From assembly GCA_001512945.1 (NCBI GenBank), contig LFTF01000061.1:29165-70159 (forward strand): DNA of 40,995 nt. Direction: 5' to 3'. Positions 27,586 through 35,839 of this stretch are shown here, one piece after another. The DNA is from Clostridiales bacterium DTU023. Lineage in GTDB: Bacteria > Bacillota > Clostridia > Saccharofermentanales > DTU023. The notes under the pieces were generated by a model that had not been told where the DNA came from, made no database searches, and saw nothing but the letters and a program-made list of their open reading frames with translations. Position numbers and translations under genes: made by a program. How positions within the stretch are numbered: position 1 is the stretch's first letter; every line of letters starts with the position of its first letter.

Positions 27586-28278
27586 ATGAAACGTGGAAAA
27601 AGATACATTGAAGCGGCGAAATTGGTTGATCCTCAAACGATTTATGAACCAGATGAAGCCCTCGCGATAGTCGTAGAAGCTGCGACCGCAAAATTTGACG
27701 AAACAGTCGAGGTCCATATGAAAATGGGTGTCGATTCACGTCGTGCCGATCAACAGATCCGTGGCACCGTTGTCCTGCCGCATGGCACGGGCAAAGAAAC
27801 TCGCGTAATTGTATTCGCGAAAGGACCCGCAGCGGATGAAGCTACGGAAGCCGGTGCTGACTTTGTTGGTGCTGAAGAACTTGCTGAAAAAATTCAAAAA
27901 GAAAACTGGTTCGAATTTGATGTCGCCATCGCGACGCCCGATATGATGGGTGTTGTAGGTCGACTTGGACGCGTTCTCGGCCCTCGTGGGCTGATGCCAA
28001 ATCCGAAGTCCGGCACAGTTACCACAGATGTGGGGCGTGCGGTCAACGAATCGAAAGCGGGCAGGATCGAGTACAGGCTCGAGAAACAGAACATCATTCA
28101 TTGCGCGATTGGTAAGGTTTCCTTTGGCCCTGAAAAGCTGCTCGACAATTTCGAAGCGCTTCTCGACGCCGTAATTCGCGCGAAACCAGCGGCCGCAAAA
28201 GGCCGCTACATTCAGCGCTGTACTCTGACGAGCACAATGGGACCTGGTTTGAAAACCAACCCTAAACTCTCAAAGTGA
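27586..28278 (+). CDS. rplA: 50S ribosomal protein L1
   Basis: [15 protein letters not shown]...[12 protein letters not shown]...[15 protein letters not shown] with GGGGGG SD. Confidence 0.93.
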   Translation: MKRGKRYIEAAKLVDPQTIYEPDEALAIVVEAATAKFDETVEVHMKMGVDSRRADQQIRGTVVLPHGTGKETRVIVFAKGPAADEATEAGADFVGAEELAEKIQKENWFEFDVAIATPDMMGVVGRLGRVLGPRGLMPNPKSGTVTTDVGRAVNESKAGRIEYRLEKQNIIHCAIGKVSFGPEKLLDNFEALLDAVIRAKPAAAKGRYIQRCTLTSTMGPGLKTNPKLSK

Positions 28279-28289
28279 GCGCATGCCTG

Positions 28290-28444
28290 CCATTGAGTGG
28301 TAGGCAATACAATTTAATAAATACCTAAAACGCCGAAGAAAGCAGGAATCCGTAAAAGGATGTAAACAGATCAAGCTGTCCCGCCGAGGTGGAAGTGTGA
28401 ACCATTGGTGCACCCCTCTGCCATAAGCGGAGGGGTGTTTATAT
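28290..28444 (+). ncRNA. Probable L10 (rplJ) autoregulatory leader ending in a terminator-like hairpin
   Basis: 190-nt untranslated gap between rplA and rplJ, where Bacillota carry the L10 leader. Hairpin CACCCCTC (28411-28418) pairing with GAGGGGTG (28430-28437), followed by TTTATATT. The assignment rests on position and the hairpin, not on a covariance model. Confidence 0.5.
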
Positions 28445-28468
28445 TAAGAACAAGGAGGAAAGTGTCGC

Positions 28469-29287
28469 ATGCCCAGTCTAAAAAAACTGGAAATTAAGAA
28501 AAAGCAAGTCGATAAGCTTACGAATGAACTGCAAAATGCTGAATCAATCGTATTCGCCGACTACAAAGGCTTGACTGTAAAACAGGATACTGAAATGCGG
28601 GCGGAATTCCGTCGGCAGGGCCTGAATTACAAGGTCGTCAAGAATTCGATCTCAGAACGCGCGTTTGAAAAACTCGGTATAGAAGGCTTGGAAGAGACCT
28701 TGCAAGGACCAACCGCCATCGCGTATAGCGATGCGGATGTTGTATTAGCGCCCCGTATGATGCGTATATTTGCTGAGAAATTCAAAAAAATGAGCGTCAA
28801 AGGCGGCGTAGTGGGTAAGCAAGTTCACGAACTTGACTACATCATGGCTCTATCACGCGTAGAATCGCGTGAAACGCTTTACGGTCAGCTATTGTTCATG
28901 ATGCTCTATCCGTTGACGGCGTTTGTACAGGTTGCCTCGCAGATTGCGGAAAAAGGCGCCGAAGCAGGCGTTGAGAACGTCGCAGATGTTGAGGCCGGAG
29001 AGATGGAACAGCAGGAGCAAGTAGCCCCTACCGATGAAGCCGTTGAAGTGCCGGAAGAATCAGCCCCTGCCGATGAAGCCGTTGAAGTGCCGGAAAAAGA
29101 AGCTGCTGTCGAAGAAGTCGTTGAAGTACCGGAAGAAGTAGCCGCTGTCGAAGAAGCCGTTGAAGTACCGGAACAAGTAGCCGCTGTCGAAGAAGCTGTT
29201 GAAGTGCCGGAACAAGCAGCCGCTGTCGAAGAAGTCGTTGAAGTGCTAGAAGAAGAAGCTTCAGTCGAATCGACGGATCAAGCATAA
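28469..29287 (+). CDS. rplJ: 50S ribosomal protein L10 with a ~100-aa acidic tandem-repeat C-terminal extension
   Basis: AAGGAGGAAAG SD. Residues 1-~170 look like normal L10 (ESIVFADYKGLTVKQDTEMR...). The protein is 272 aa, against the usual ~165-175. Confidence 0.9.
   Translation: MPSLKKLEIKKKQVDKLTNELQNAESIVFADYKGLTVKQDTEMRAEFRRQGLNYKVVKNSISERAFEKLGIEGLEETLQGPTAIAYSDADVVLAPRMMRIFAEKFKKMSVKGGVVGKQVHELDYIMALSRVESRETLYGQLLFMMLYPLTAFVQVASQIAEKGAEAGVENVADVEAGEMEQQEQVAPTDEAVEVPEESAPADEAVEVPEKEAAVEEVVEVPEEVAAVEEAVEVPEQVAAVEEAVEVPEQAAAVEEVVEVLEEEASVESTDQA
29024..29257 (+). repeat. Six head-to-tail 39-bp (13-codon) tandem repeats inside rplJ
   Basis: Units start at 29024, 29063, 29102, 29141, 29180 and 29219. 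They encode APTDEAVEVPEES / APADEAVEVPEKE / AAVEEVVEVPEEV / AAVEEAVEVPEQV / AAVEEAVEVPEQA / AAVEEVVEVLEEE. A degenerate partial seventh unit runs to the stop. Confidence 0.95.
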
Positions 29288-29392
29288 GGCTTAATCGCAA
29301 AGACGATAAAAAGTCGCAAAAAGCGCAAAGTAAAAACATTTTATAAAGGAGCTTGATGCTCCAATAGCTCTACAATAGGAGGAAAGACAATC

Positions 29393-29776
29393 ATGGATAA
29401 AGACAAAATCGCTTCGATTCTGGAAAGCGTAAAGAACCTGACGATTCTTGAGCTCAATGAACTCGTGAAGATGATGGAAGAAGAATTCGGTGTTTCAGCT
29501 GCTGCAATGGCCGTTGCCGCTCCCGGACAAGGTGGCGGAGACGCGGGTGCGGAAGAAGTCGAAAAGACAGAATTTGACGTTATTCTCAAGAACGCCGGTC
29601 AGGCGAAGATCGCTGTCATTAAGGCAGTTCGCGAACTTACGGGCCTCGGCTTGAAAGAAGCGAAGGGCCTCGTTGACGATGCACCGAAGCCGGTTAAGCA
29701 GAAGATCAGCAAAGACGAAGCTGAAGATGCTGCCAAAATGCTCAGAGAAGCAGGCGCGGAAGTCGAAATCGAATAA
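29393..29776 (+). CDS. rplL: 50S ribosomal protein L7/L12
   Basis: 127 aa. ...[19 protein letters not shown]..., an Ala/Gly hinge, then [24 protein letters not shown]. Confidence 0.93.
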   Translation: MDKDKIASILESVKNLTILELNELVKMMEEEFGVSAAAMAVAAPGQGGGDAGAEEVEKTEFDVILKNAGQAKIAVIKAVRELTGLGLKEAKGLVDDAPKPVKQKISKDEAEDAAKMLREAGAEVEIE

Positions 29777-29833
29777 CAGATAAATATCGTTTGTGGTAGC
29801 GTAATTGCAAGCAATGACGTCCTACCTCATCGT

Positions 29834-29875
29834 AAATGAAAGCGGCACAGTCACTCGACTATGCCGCTTTCATTT
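29834..29875. terminator. Bidirectional rho-independent terminator between convergent rplL and the CBS gene
   Basis: 14-bp perfect stem: AAATGAAAGCGGCA (29834-29847) pairing with TGCCGCTTTCATTT (29862-29875). It has A/T runs on both sides. Confidence 0.8.
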
Positions 29876-29915
29876 TGCGCAGAATTTAGTGTTTAGTGAA
29901 TTGTTCGAGGTGCCT

Positions 29916-30443
29916 TCAAATCGCCTTCTGATTTTCACGGGCGGAAACTATTTCCGCAGGACGCAGCGAAGCTTTGTCCTGGCGTGGTTTCACCTGATAA
30001 TAGATTTCAAAGTTGTGTGCCAGATGGTTAAGGCGTTTCAGAATCTGTTTACGTGCAATGATACCCAAAAAAATCCCCCTGTGATCAGTTACGCAAAGGT
30101 AATTCGAGTTGACTAGGAGGTGCAAGATGTCTTCAAAAGGTGAGTCATTGAAGACGATGGCGACATCTTTTGCCATAACGTCCTTGACTTTTTTTATATC
30201 AAGCAAATCCCAATTGTAATTGTCATCGCCTAGGATACCGTTAAAAATAGAAGGCATACTGATGATGCCTGCGAGGTGAGAAAATTCGTCTAGAACGGGA
30301 ACTGAAGTATATCCAACACTGGAAAGCAGTAACATCGCGTGTGTCAATGTGTTTTCTGTGCGAACCGTTGCGCAGTGTGCCGCCTCGATCATCAAGGGGT
30401 CGTCCCCCTGCAACAGAAATGGGCCGATATGTTTACCTATCAT
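29916..30443 (-). CDS. Stand-alone CBS-pair protein, DarB/CbpB (YkuL)-like candidate c-di-AMP receptor
   Basis: 175 aa. It is collinear with B. subtilis DarB as I recall it: LMIEAAHCATVRTENTLTHAMLLLSSVGYTSVPVLD...LAGIIS... vs FMIEADKVAHVQVGNNLEHALLVLTKTGYTAIPVLD...LHGLIG.... It carries an extra ~30-aa C-terminal tail. GGAGG SD (reverse complement of CCTCC at 30450-30454). Confidence 0.55.
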   Translation of the reverse strand: MIGKHIGPFLLQGDDPLMIEAAHCATVRTENTLTHAMLLLSSVGYTSVPVLDEFSHLAGIISMPSIFNGILGDDNYNWDLLDIKKVKDVMAKDVAIVFNDSPFEDILHLLVNSNYLCVTDHRGIFLGIIARKQILKRLNHLAHNFEIYYQVKPRQDKASLRPAEIVSARENQKAI

Positions 30444-30661
30444 TCAGTAACCTCCCTGTTATTGTTAGCTACACCATACAACAAATCCTTCATTAATTCA
30501 CAAACAAAGTGTGAACGTTGCGTACATATTTCGCTTAATTGTCAGATGATCCCAAATGTAATGTTGAGTGGTCCGAGTAATGATATAGTGATTTTGATAT
30601 ATCCCCTGTTGCTTCAGGCACAACTTCGAAGCACAAAATTCAGCGAAAGGTGATGGAATAA

Positions 30662-30904
30662 ATGACACAAGATAAAGACCAAATGACAGACGATATAAAT
30701 CAAAAACAAGTAAAAAATGATGCGCAATTAGATGATGATGAAATAGTTGACAAAGACGATCTTTGCGCTTTGTGTGACGATGAAGAAGCGGGTTGTGGTG
30801 GCTGTGGTAAGAAGAAGGGCAGGGCGGATACGGTTTGGTTTATCATCGCGATAATCGTCATTCTGCTTATAGCAATCCTGTTAAGGCCCGCTGGAGGTAC
30901 CTGA
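30662..30904 (+). CDS. Small tail-anchored protein: acidic N-terminus, CxxC-x6-CxxC knuckle, C-terminal TM
   Basis: 80 aa with AAGGTGA SD. Motifs are ...DDLCALCDDEEAGCGGCGKKKGR, then the TM WFIIAIIVILLIAILL. Confidence 0.45.
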   Translation: MTQDKDQMTDDINQKQVKNDAQLDDDEIVDKDDLCALCDDEEAGCGGCGKKKGRADTVWFIIAIIVILLIAILLRPAGGT

Positions 30905-31094
30905 GGCGTTCCTTGGTGATCGGTCGATCATCTGAATTATTGAAATCCATCAGCAGATTCCGTAAACTTTATATATTTGTGCTGACAGATGTTTTTTGGC
31001 GGAGTGATAGACTAAGTAAAGATAGATTTGCTTGCGTGACGGGCTACCTTGTGAACCAAGATTCATGTTGAGGTGTTGAGCAACGGAGAAGTAT

Positions 31095-32495
31095 TTGGAA
31101 GCACAATCATTTAAAGACAGACATATCCTGGAAGGACCCGTGACACCGGTTCTTTTTGCTGTAGCCGTTCCCCTGATGATCAATAACCTGATCAACTCTC
31201 TTTATAATCTCGCCGATGGGCTCTGGGTCGCGCAGCTGTCTTTGGTCGAGTTCGCGGCGACAAGCTTTGTATGGCCGCCACACTTTCTTTTTGTTTCGCT
31301 TGGCGTCGGAATTGCGATTGCGGGTACAGCCATTATTTCCCAGCTTATTGGCAGTGAGAACAAGCCGCGCGCCGAATCATATGCGACCCACGTTTTTTAT
31401 TTTTGTCTGGGGCTTGGGGTTGTGTTTTCTATTGTAGGATATTTTCTGTCGCCATCCATCGTCCAATGGATGGGGGCGACAGGGGAACTCAGAAGCTATG
31501 CTTCGACATATCTAAGCGTCCTTATGGCCGGATTCATTTTTGAGATGATTTATCTGTCTTATTTCGCCATTCTCGGCGCGCAGGGGAAAACTAAAATGAC
31601 CACGGTGATCAGTGCCAGCGCAGCCATACTCAATGCTATTTTGGATCCATTCTTTATCTTTGACCGTGTGCCCTTTTTAGGAATTCCCGGGCTTGGTCTC
31701 GGCATTTCCGGCGCTGCCCTGGCGACCGTTGTTTCTCAGATTGTTCGTGTGATTCTCGGCGCCTACGCCATCCATTCGCCGGCCAATGAAATCAGACTTC
31801 GTTTCCGTAAAGTTAGTCTTAAATGGGAACAGTTTCGGGAACTCATCCGTCTGGGATTCCCCACTGCCATGGGTCAGGGTAGCGCCGCCCTTGGTTTCAC
31901 CTTGCTCAATTCCGGGATAGCGGCGTATGGCAACGCAACGATTGCAGCCTACGCTGCCGTTAACCGGATTGGTAGCTTTGTCATGCAGCCGGCGGCGGGG
32001 ATTGGCGGCGCTTTGACTGCCATTATCGGTCAAAATATCGGTGCGGGGGAAATCGACCGCGTCAAACAATTTAATCGTGCGGCATTCCGTGTGATCACAA
32101 TCATGGCGGTCGCAGGCAGTTTGCTGCTTTGGCTTGTTCGTTACCCTACTCTATCGCTGTTTATTCGGGAGACAGGGAGTGAGGCGGACCTTGTCTGGAA
32201 GCTGGCGCTTGAATACACGCTGTTCAATGTATTTATGACACCCGCGATGGGTTATTTCAATGCCTTCACGGGAATTTTCAGCGGAGCCGGTTATCCGCGA
32301 TACGCTGCGTATATGTCTATCCTGAGGCTTTGGGGAATTCGTTTACCGATGATCTATTTATTGCGAAGATTCACAGATCTTGGACCAACGGGCGTTTGGA
32401 TTTCCATGCTGGCGTCCAATGTCCTTATCATTGTGTTTGCGGTATGGCTCTATTTTAAGGGCAAATGGCTTGAAAGTCCTAAGGTAAGTCATTAA
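31095..32495 (+). CDS. MATE-family efflux transporter
   Basis: 466 aa with 12 predicted TM helices. The N-terminus (ILEGPVTPVLFAVAVPLMINNLINSLYNLADGLWVAQL) is typical of the MATE/NorM family. TTG start with GGAGA SD. Confidence 0.8.
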   Translation: MEAQSFKDRHILEGPVTPVLFAVAVPLMINNLINSLYNLADGLWVAQLSLVEFAATSFVWPPHFLFVSLGVGIAIAGTAIISQLIGSENKPRAESYATHVFYFCLGLGVVFSIVGYFLSPSIVQWMGATGELRSYASTYLSVLMAGFIFEMIYLSYFAILGAQGKTKMTTVISASAAILNAILDPFFIFDRVPFLGIPGLGLGISGAALATVVSQIVRVILGAYAIHSPANEIRLRFRKVSLKWEQFRELIRLGFPTAMGQGSAALGFTLLNSGIAAYGNATIAAYAAVNRIGSFVMQPAAGIGGALTAIIGQNIGAGEIDRVKQFNRAAFRVITIMAVAGSLLLWLVRYPTLSLFIRETGSEADLVWKLALEYTLFNVFMTPAMGYFNAFTGIFSGAGYPRYAAYMSILRLWGIRLPMIYLLRRFTDLGPTGVWISMLASNVLIIVFAVWLYFKGKWLESPKVSH

Positions 32496-32511
32496 AAAAG
32501 GAGGACTTCGT

Positions 32512-33579
32512 ATGTACACATTTTGCTATCTCATGTTCGCGATTCCCATGCAAATGGCGACGAACCCATTGCCGCTAGGTCTCCTTATCATCTTAATCGG
32601 TCTGCTTGCCGTTGTACTCGCTTACATTACGTTTGAAGTGTATCTTGCCTGGTCACTGTTTCGATACTCGGTAAAAAGAGCTAAGAAGGACGACAGCGCA
32701 GATACTGCGTATGTGCCCGAGGAAACGCTAGATTGGTATAAAACGGTAGAAGAAAAGAAAAAAGATTTGTTTTCACGGCCGCACGAGAATTGGGAGATGG
32801 AACACGATGGATTGACGTTGAGAGGGATCTTTTTTCCCGCTCAAGAGCAAAATCTGTCTACACGTTTCGCTGGCGGCTGCGCAGTTGTTGTGCACGGTTG
32901 GCGTGATGTACGGTTTTCGCGTGCGATCGACGTAATATTATATCTTGATTCGGGATTCTCCGTTTTTGTTCCCTTCCTCCGTGGTCATGAACCGAGCGGA
33001 GGTAAGTATATTGATCTTGGTTGCCATTACCGGAAAGATCTCTTTGCCTGGATAGATCAAATACGTGCCCGATCAGACAATGAAAGCCCTTCGTTTTATA
33101 TTCTGGACGGCTTATCCATGGGCGCTGCCACAGTACTTACCACAAGTGGAGACGATGATTTACCCAGAGATGTTCGTGCTATTCTTGCCGATTGCGGATA
33201 TTCATCATTTTTGGAACAGGGAAAGTGGATGATCCGTGGGATGAAACCGATTATCCGTTACCCTGCATTCTTTTTTACGCTTGGCTTCTTGCGAATCATA
33301 ATGGGATACAAGAAGAGCGATCCTACTCCCTTGACACAGGTAGCCAAGGCATCTGTCCCGATTATGATTATTCACGGGGAGGACGACTTGTTCGTACCCC
33401 CTCCGATGGGAAAAAAGCTTCATGATGCCTGTGCGTCGGAACTCAAAGATTTCTGGCTCGTAAGTGGAGCAAAACACGCAATGTCACAGAGGGTGGCAGG
33501 GGATGAATATTTGGCAAGGAAACTGGCTTTCATCGAAGAGGCACTCAAGCGCGCCTCCGACGAACGCGGTCATTCGTAG
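32512..33579 (+). CDS. Membrane-anchored alpha/beta-fold hydrolase (serine esterase/peptidase S9-like)
   Basis: AGGAGG SD, N-terminal TM, nucleophile elbow GLSMGAAT, and downstream HGEDD...H. Confidence 0.65.
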   Translation: MYTFCYLMFAIPMQMATNPLPLGLLIILIGLLAVVLAYITFEVYLAWSLFRYSVKRAKKDDSADTAYVPEETLDWYKTVEEKKKDLFSRPHENWEMEHDGLTLRGIFFPAQEQNLSTRFAGGCAVVVHGWRDVRFSRAIDVILYLDSGFSVFVPFLRGHEPSGGKYIDLGCHYRKDLFAWIDQIRARSDNESPSFYILDGLSMGAATVLTTSGDDDLPRDVRAILADCGYSSFLEQGKWMIRGMKPIIRYPAFFFTLGFLRIIMGYKKSDPTPLTQVAKASVPIMIIHGEDDLFVPPPMGKKLHDACASELKDFWLVSGAKHAMSQRVAGDEYLARKLAFIEEALKRASDERGHS

Positions 33580-33953
33580 TTTAGCGGATGGCTTGCATGA
33601 TAGTGGAGTAGTTTGATTTCATCATCTATTTCCAGATCGCGGTCACCGGCGCGGTTTTCGAGATGGTGTGTGAGCTCGTGTTTTAAAACATGCTCGAGTT
33701 CCCGCAAGAACACCTCATCGGGCGCGTGCTGAAATACGCGATACAAAGATCCATAGTAGATCACGACGTAGCGTCCGAAAATTCTGTCACGGTAATATTC
33801 TCCAAGAATAAAAAGATCATCGGCACGCCGATTTGGGTGCAGTCTGATTTCATCCTTGAGCAGAACCCCGCCGTTGAGATCAATAAAAATCTCTTCCGGC
33901 AGCGCTTCAACCATTCTGGCCAGCGCTAGTTGCGTTTCTTCCAGTGTCAACAT
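33570..33953 (-). CDS. Small zincin-like metallopeptidase-family protein (DUF1025-like)
   Basis: HELTHH (HExxH) near the C-terminus. ~127 aa from ATG 33953; the ORF track starts at TTG 33962. Its 3' end overlaps the convergent hydrolase gene by 10 nt. Confidence 0.55.
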   Translation of the reverse strand: MLTLEETQLALARMVEALPEEIFIDLNGGVLLKDEIRLHPNRRADDLFILGEYYRDRIFGRYVVIYYGSLYRVFQHAPDEVFLRELEHVLKHELTHHLENRAGDRDLEIDDEIKLLHYHASHPLNYE

Positions 33954-34053
33954 ATAACACAAGTATACACCCGTGCATATGAACGCTGACGTTTGGATCG
34001 AATCCTGAATCCATTCATAACGAAAATGTTATAGTCATTGAGACATTTTGTAT

Positions 34054-34082
34054 TTGACGCTCCGCTGTCAGCGTGATAACTT
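34054..34082 (+). promoter_or_regulatory. Candidate promoter of the mdcA-like operon
   Basis: TTGACG (34054-34059), 17-nt spacer, TGa-TAACTT (hexamer 34077-34082). The spacer contains GTCAGCGT, one arm of an inverted repeat. Confidence 0.45.
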
Positions 34083-34179
34083 TTAGATAGGAGATCCGGC
34101 CTCACAGGCTGGATGTTTCTTGATATTTATTCGTACCGTTATGCTTATTTCAAAACATTGCGCGAGGGAGGTTTTTTAT

Positions 34180-35811
34180 ATGAATTGGCACAGTAGACGA
34201 GATGGGAAACGAGCACGACTTGAGCGCGCGTCTTCCTGGGTCGATCACAAACTTGTCGGGACGGAGTCGATCGCCGCTGTGCTCGAAGCTATCATGCGGC
34301 CGGGAGACCGTGTGATCCTCGAAGGTGACAACCAGAAACAGGCGGCATTCCTGGCAAAAGCGCTGACGCAAGTAGATTCGGGCAAAATCAACGGCATTAC
34401 GATGATGATTCCCTCCATTTCCCGGGACGAGCACCTTGATGTTTTTGACAAGGGCATTGCAAGCGAGATCAATTTTGCCTATGCCGGTGTACAGAGTGTG
34501 CGTCTTGCCAAGATGCTCGAAAACAATAAGCTAAAGATTGGCGCCATCCACACTTATCTGGAATTGTACTCACGACTTTTTGTTGATCTCATTCCTGATG
34601 TTTGTCTTATCGCGGCCGAAAAAGCCGACGAAGATGGCAATCTTTACACAGGGTATAGCACGGAAGATACCCCTGTCTTGGTCGAGGCAGCTGCCTTTAA
34701 CCATGCGGTTGTGATCGTACAGGCTAATGAAATCGTGGCAAGAGGCAAGTTGCCTCGTGTCGATATTCCCGGTGACTGGGTTGATCTTGTTGTTGAATCT
34801 GACGAACCGTACCAGATGGAAGCGCTGTTCACGCGCGATCCACGTAAAATTCGTGATTCTCATATCCTTATGGGTATGATGACAATCAAAGGTATTTACG
34901 CCAAACACGGCGTCGTATCGCTTAACCACGGCATCGGCTACAACGGCGCCGCGATCGAGCTACTCTTGCCGACCTACGGGGAAGAGCTGGGTCTCAAAGG
35001 TAAAATTTGTCGTCACTGGGTTCTGAACCCACATCCCACTATGATTCCCGCCATCGAAAAAGGATGGGTCAAGAGCATGTACACGTTCGGCGGGGAGAAG
35101 GGTATGGAGCGATACACACAGGCGCGTTCTGATATATTCCCCACCGGTCGTGACGGGACGCTCCGCTCGAACCGGGCATTTGCTCAGATAGCCGGTCTCT
35201 ACGGGATCGATCTGTTCCTCGGGGCCACACTCCAGATGGATTATCTAGGCAATTCATCGACCGTGACAAGCGGGCGACTCACAGGTTTCGGAGGGGCTCC
35301 CAACATGGGGCACAACACGCTTGGACGTCGTCATTCGTCAGACGCATGGATGGATATGATGCCCAATCCGGGTAAATCGCTGATTCGCGGAAAAAAACTT
35401 GTCGTCCAGATGCTGGCTAGCCAGGGACGTTTTGGCGTGAATTTTGTTCCGGAACTTGACGCCGTCAGGATCGGACGCGAAGCTGGTTTCGACGCGCCGC
35501 CTGTCATGATTTACGGAGAAGATGTCACACATGTTGTAACAGAGCAGGGGATTGCGTACCTCTACCTCGCAGAAAGCGATGAGGAAAAGACGCAGATGCT
35601 CGGTGCTGTCGCACAAGGCACCCCGATCTCAGAGCACGCAGGGGTAAAGGTAGTCGAGGCGCTCCGGAAAGCCGGTAAGATCGCGCTCCCGGAAGACCTG
35701 GGTATTGATCCTGTCAAGGCTACGCATGACCGTCTTGTGGTACAGTCGCTCGACGAACTTGTTGAATTATCCGGCGGTCTTTATGATATCCCGGAAAGTT
35801 TTCGAAAATAA
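34180..35811 (+). CDS. mdcA: Malonate decarboxylase alpha-subunit (MdcA/MadA)-family acyl transferase
   Basis: 543 aa from ATG 34180 with GAGGGAGG SD. The N-terminal WHSRRDGKRARLERA...RPGDRVILEGDNQKQAAFLAKALTQVD... matches the MdcA pattern as I recall it (...GDRVCLEGNNQKQADFLS...). The length is right for MdcA (~550 aa). Confidence 0.7.
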   Translation: MNWHSRRDGKRARLERASSWVDHKLVGTESIAAVLEAIMRPGDRVILEGDNQKQAAFLAKALTQVDSGKINGITMMIPSISRDEHLDVFDKGIASEINFAYAGVQSVRLAKMLENNKLKIGAIHTYLELYSRLFVDLIPDVCLIAAEKADEDGNLYTGYSTEDTPVLVEAAAFNHAVVIVQANEIVARGKLPRVDIPGDWVDLVVESDEPYQMEALFTRDPRKIRDSHILMGMMTIKGIYAKHGVVSLNHGIGYNGAAIELLLPTYGEELGLKGKICRHWVLNPHPTMIPAIEKGWVKSMYTFGGEKGMERYTQARSDIFPTGRDGTLRSNRAFAQIAGLYGIDLFLGATLQMDYLGNSSTVTSGRLTGFGGAPNMGHNTLGRRHSSDAWMDMMPNPGKSLIRGKKLVVQMLASQGRFGVNFVPELDAVRIGREAGFDAPPVMIYGEDVTHVVTEQGIAYLYLAESDEEKTQMLGAVAQGTPISEHAGVKVVEALRKAGKIALPEDLGIDPVKATHDRLVVQSLDELVELSGGLYDIPESFRK

Positions 35812-35839
35812 ACGATAGATGACGTAGGAGGGTAAATTT

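Noticed and set aside
29024-29257. Regular 39-bp repeats considered as a CRISPR array or non-coding minisatellite
   Set aside because: The units are contiguous with no spacers. The period is a multiple of three, and the units stay in the rplJ frame through to the stop. This is a coding tandem repeat.
30917-30930. Perfect 14-bp palindrome TGATCGgtCGATCA after the small Cys-knuckle ORF
   Set aside because: The 2-nt loop is too short for an RNA hairpin. It lies 165 nt from the MATE start and no cognate regulator is present. A single short palindrome is within chance expectation for 41 kb.
33570-33579. 10-nt overlap of convergent 3' ends (alpha/beta hydrolase and zincin-like gene)
   Set aside because: Short convergent overlaps are common in compact genomes, and nothing suggests antisense regulation beyond the proximity.
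33991-34013. GGATCGAATCC, a tRNA T-arm-like string
   Set aside because: The flanks provide no acceptor, D or anticodon arms, so it cannot fold into a cloverleaf. It is only a local imperfect dyad in the intergenic region.
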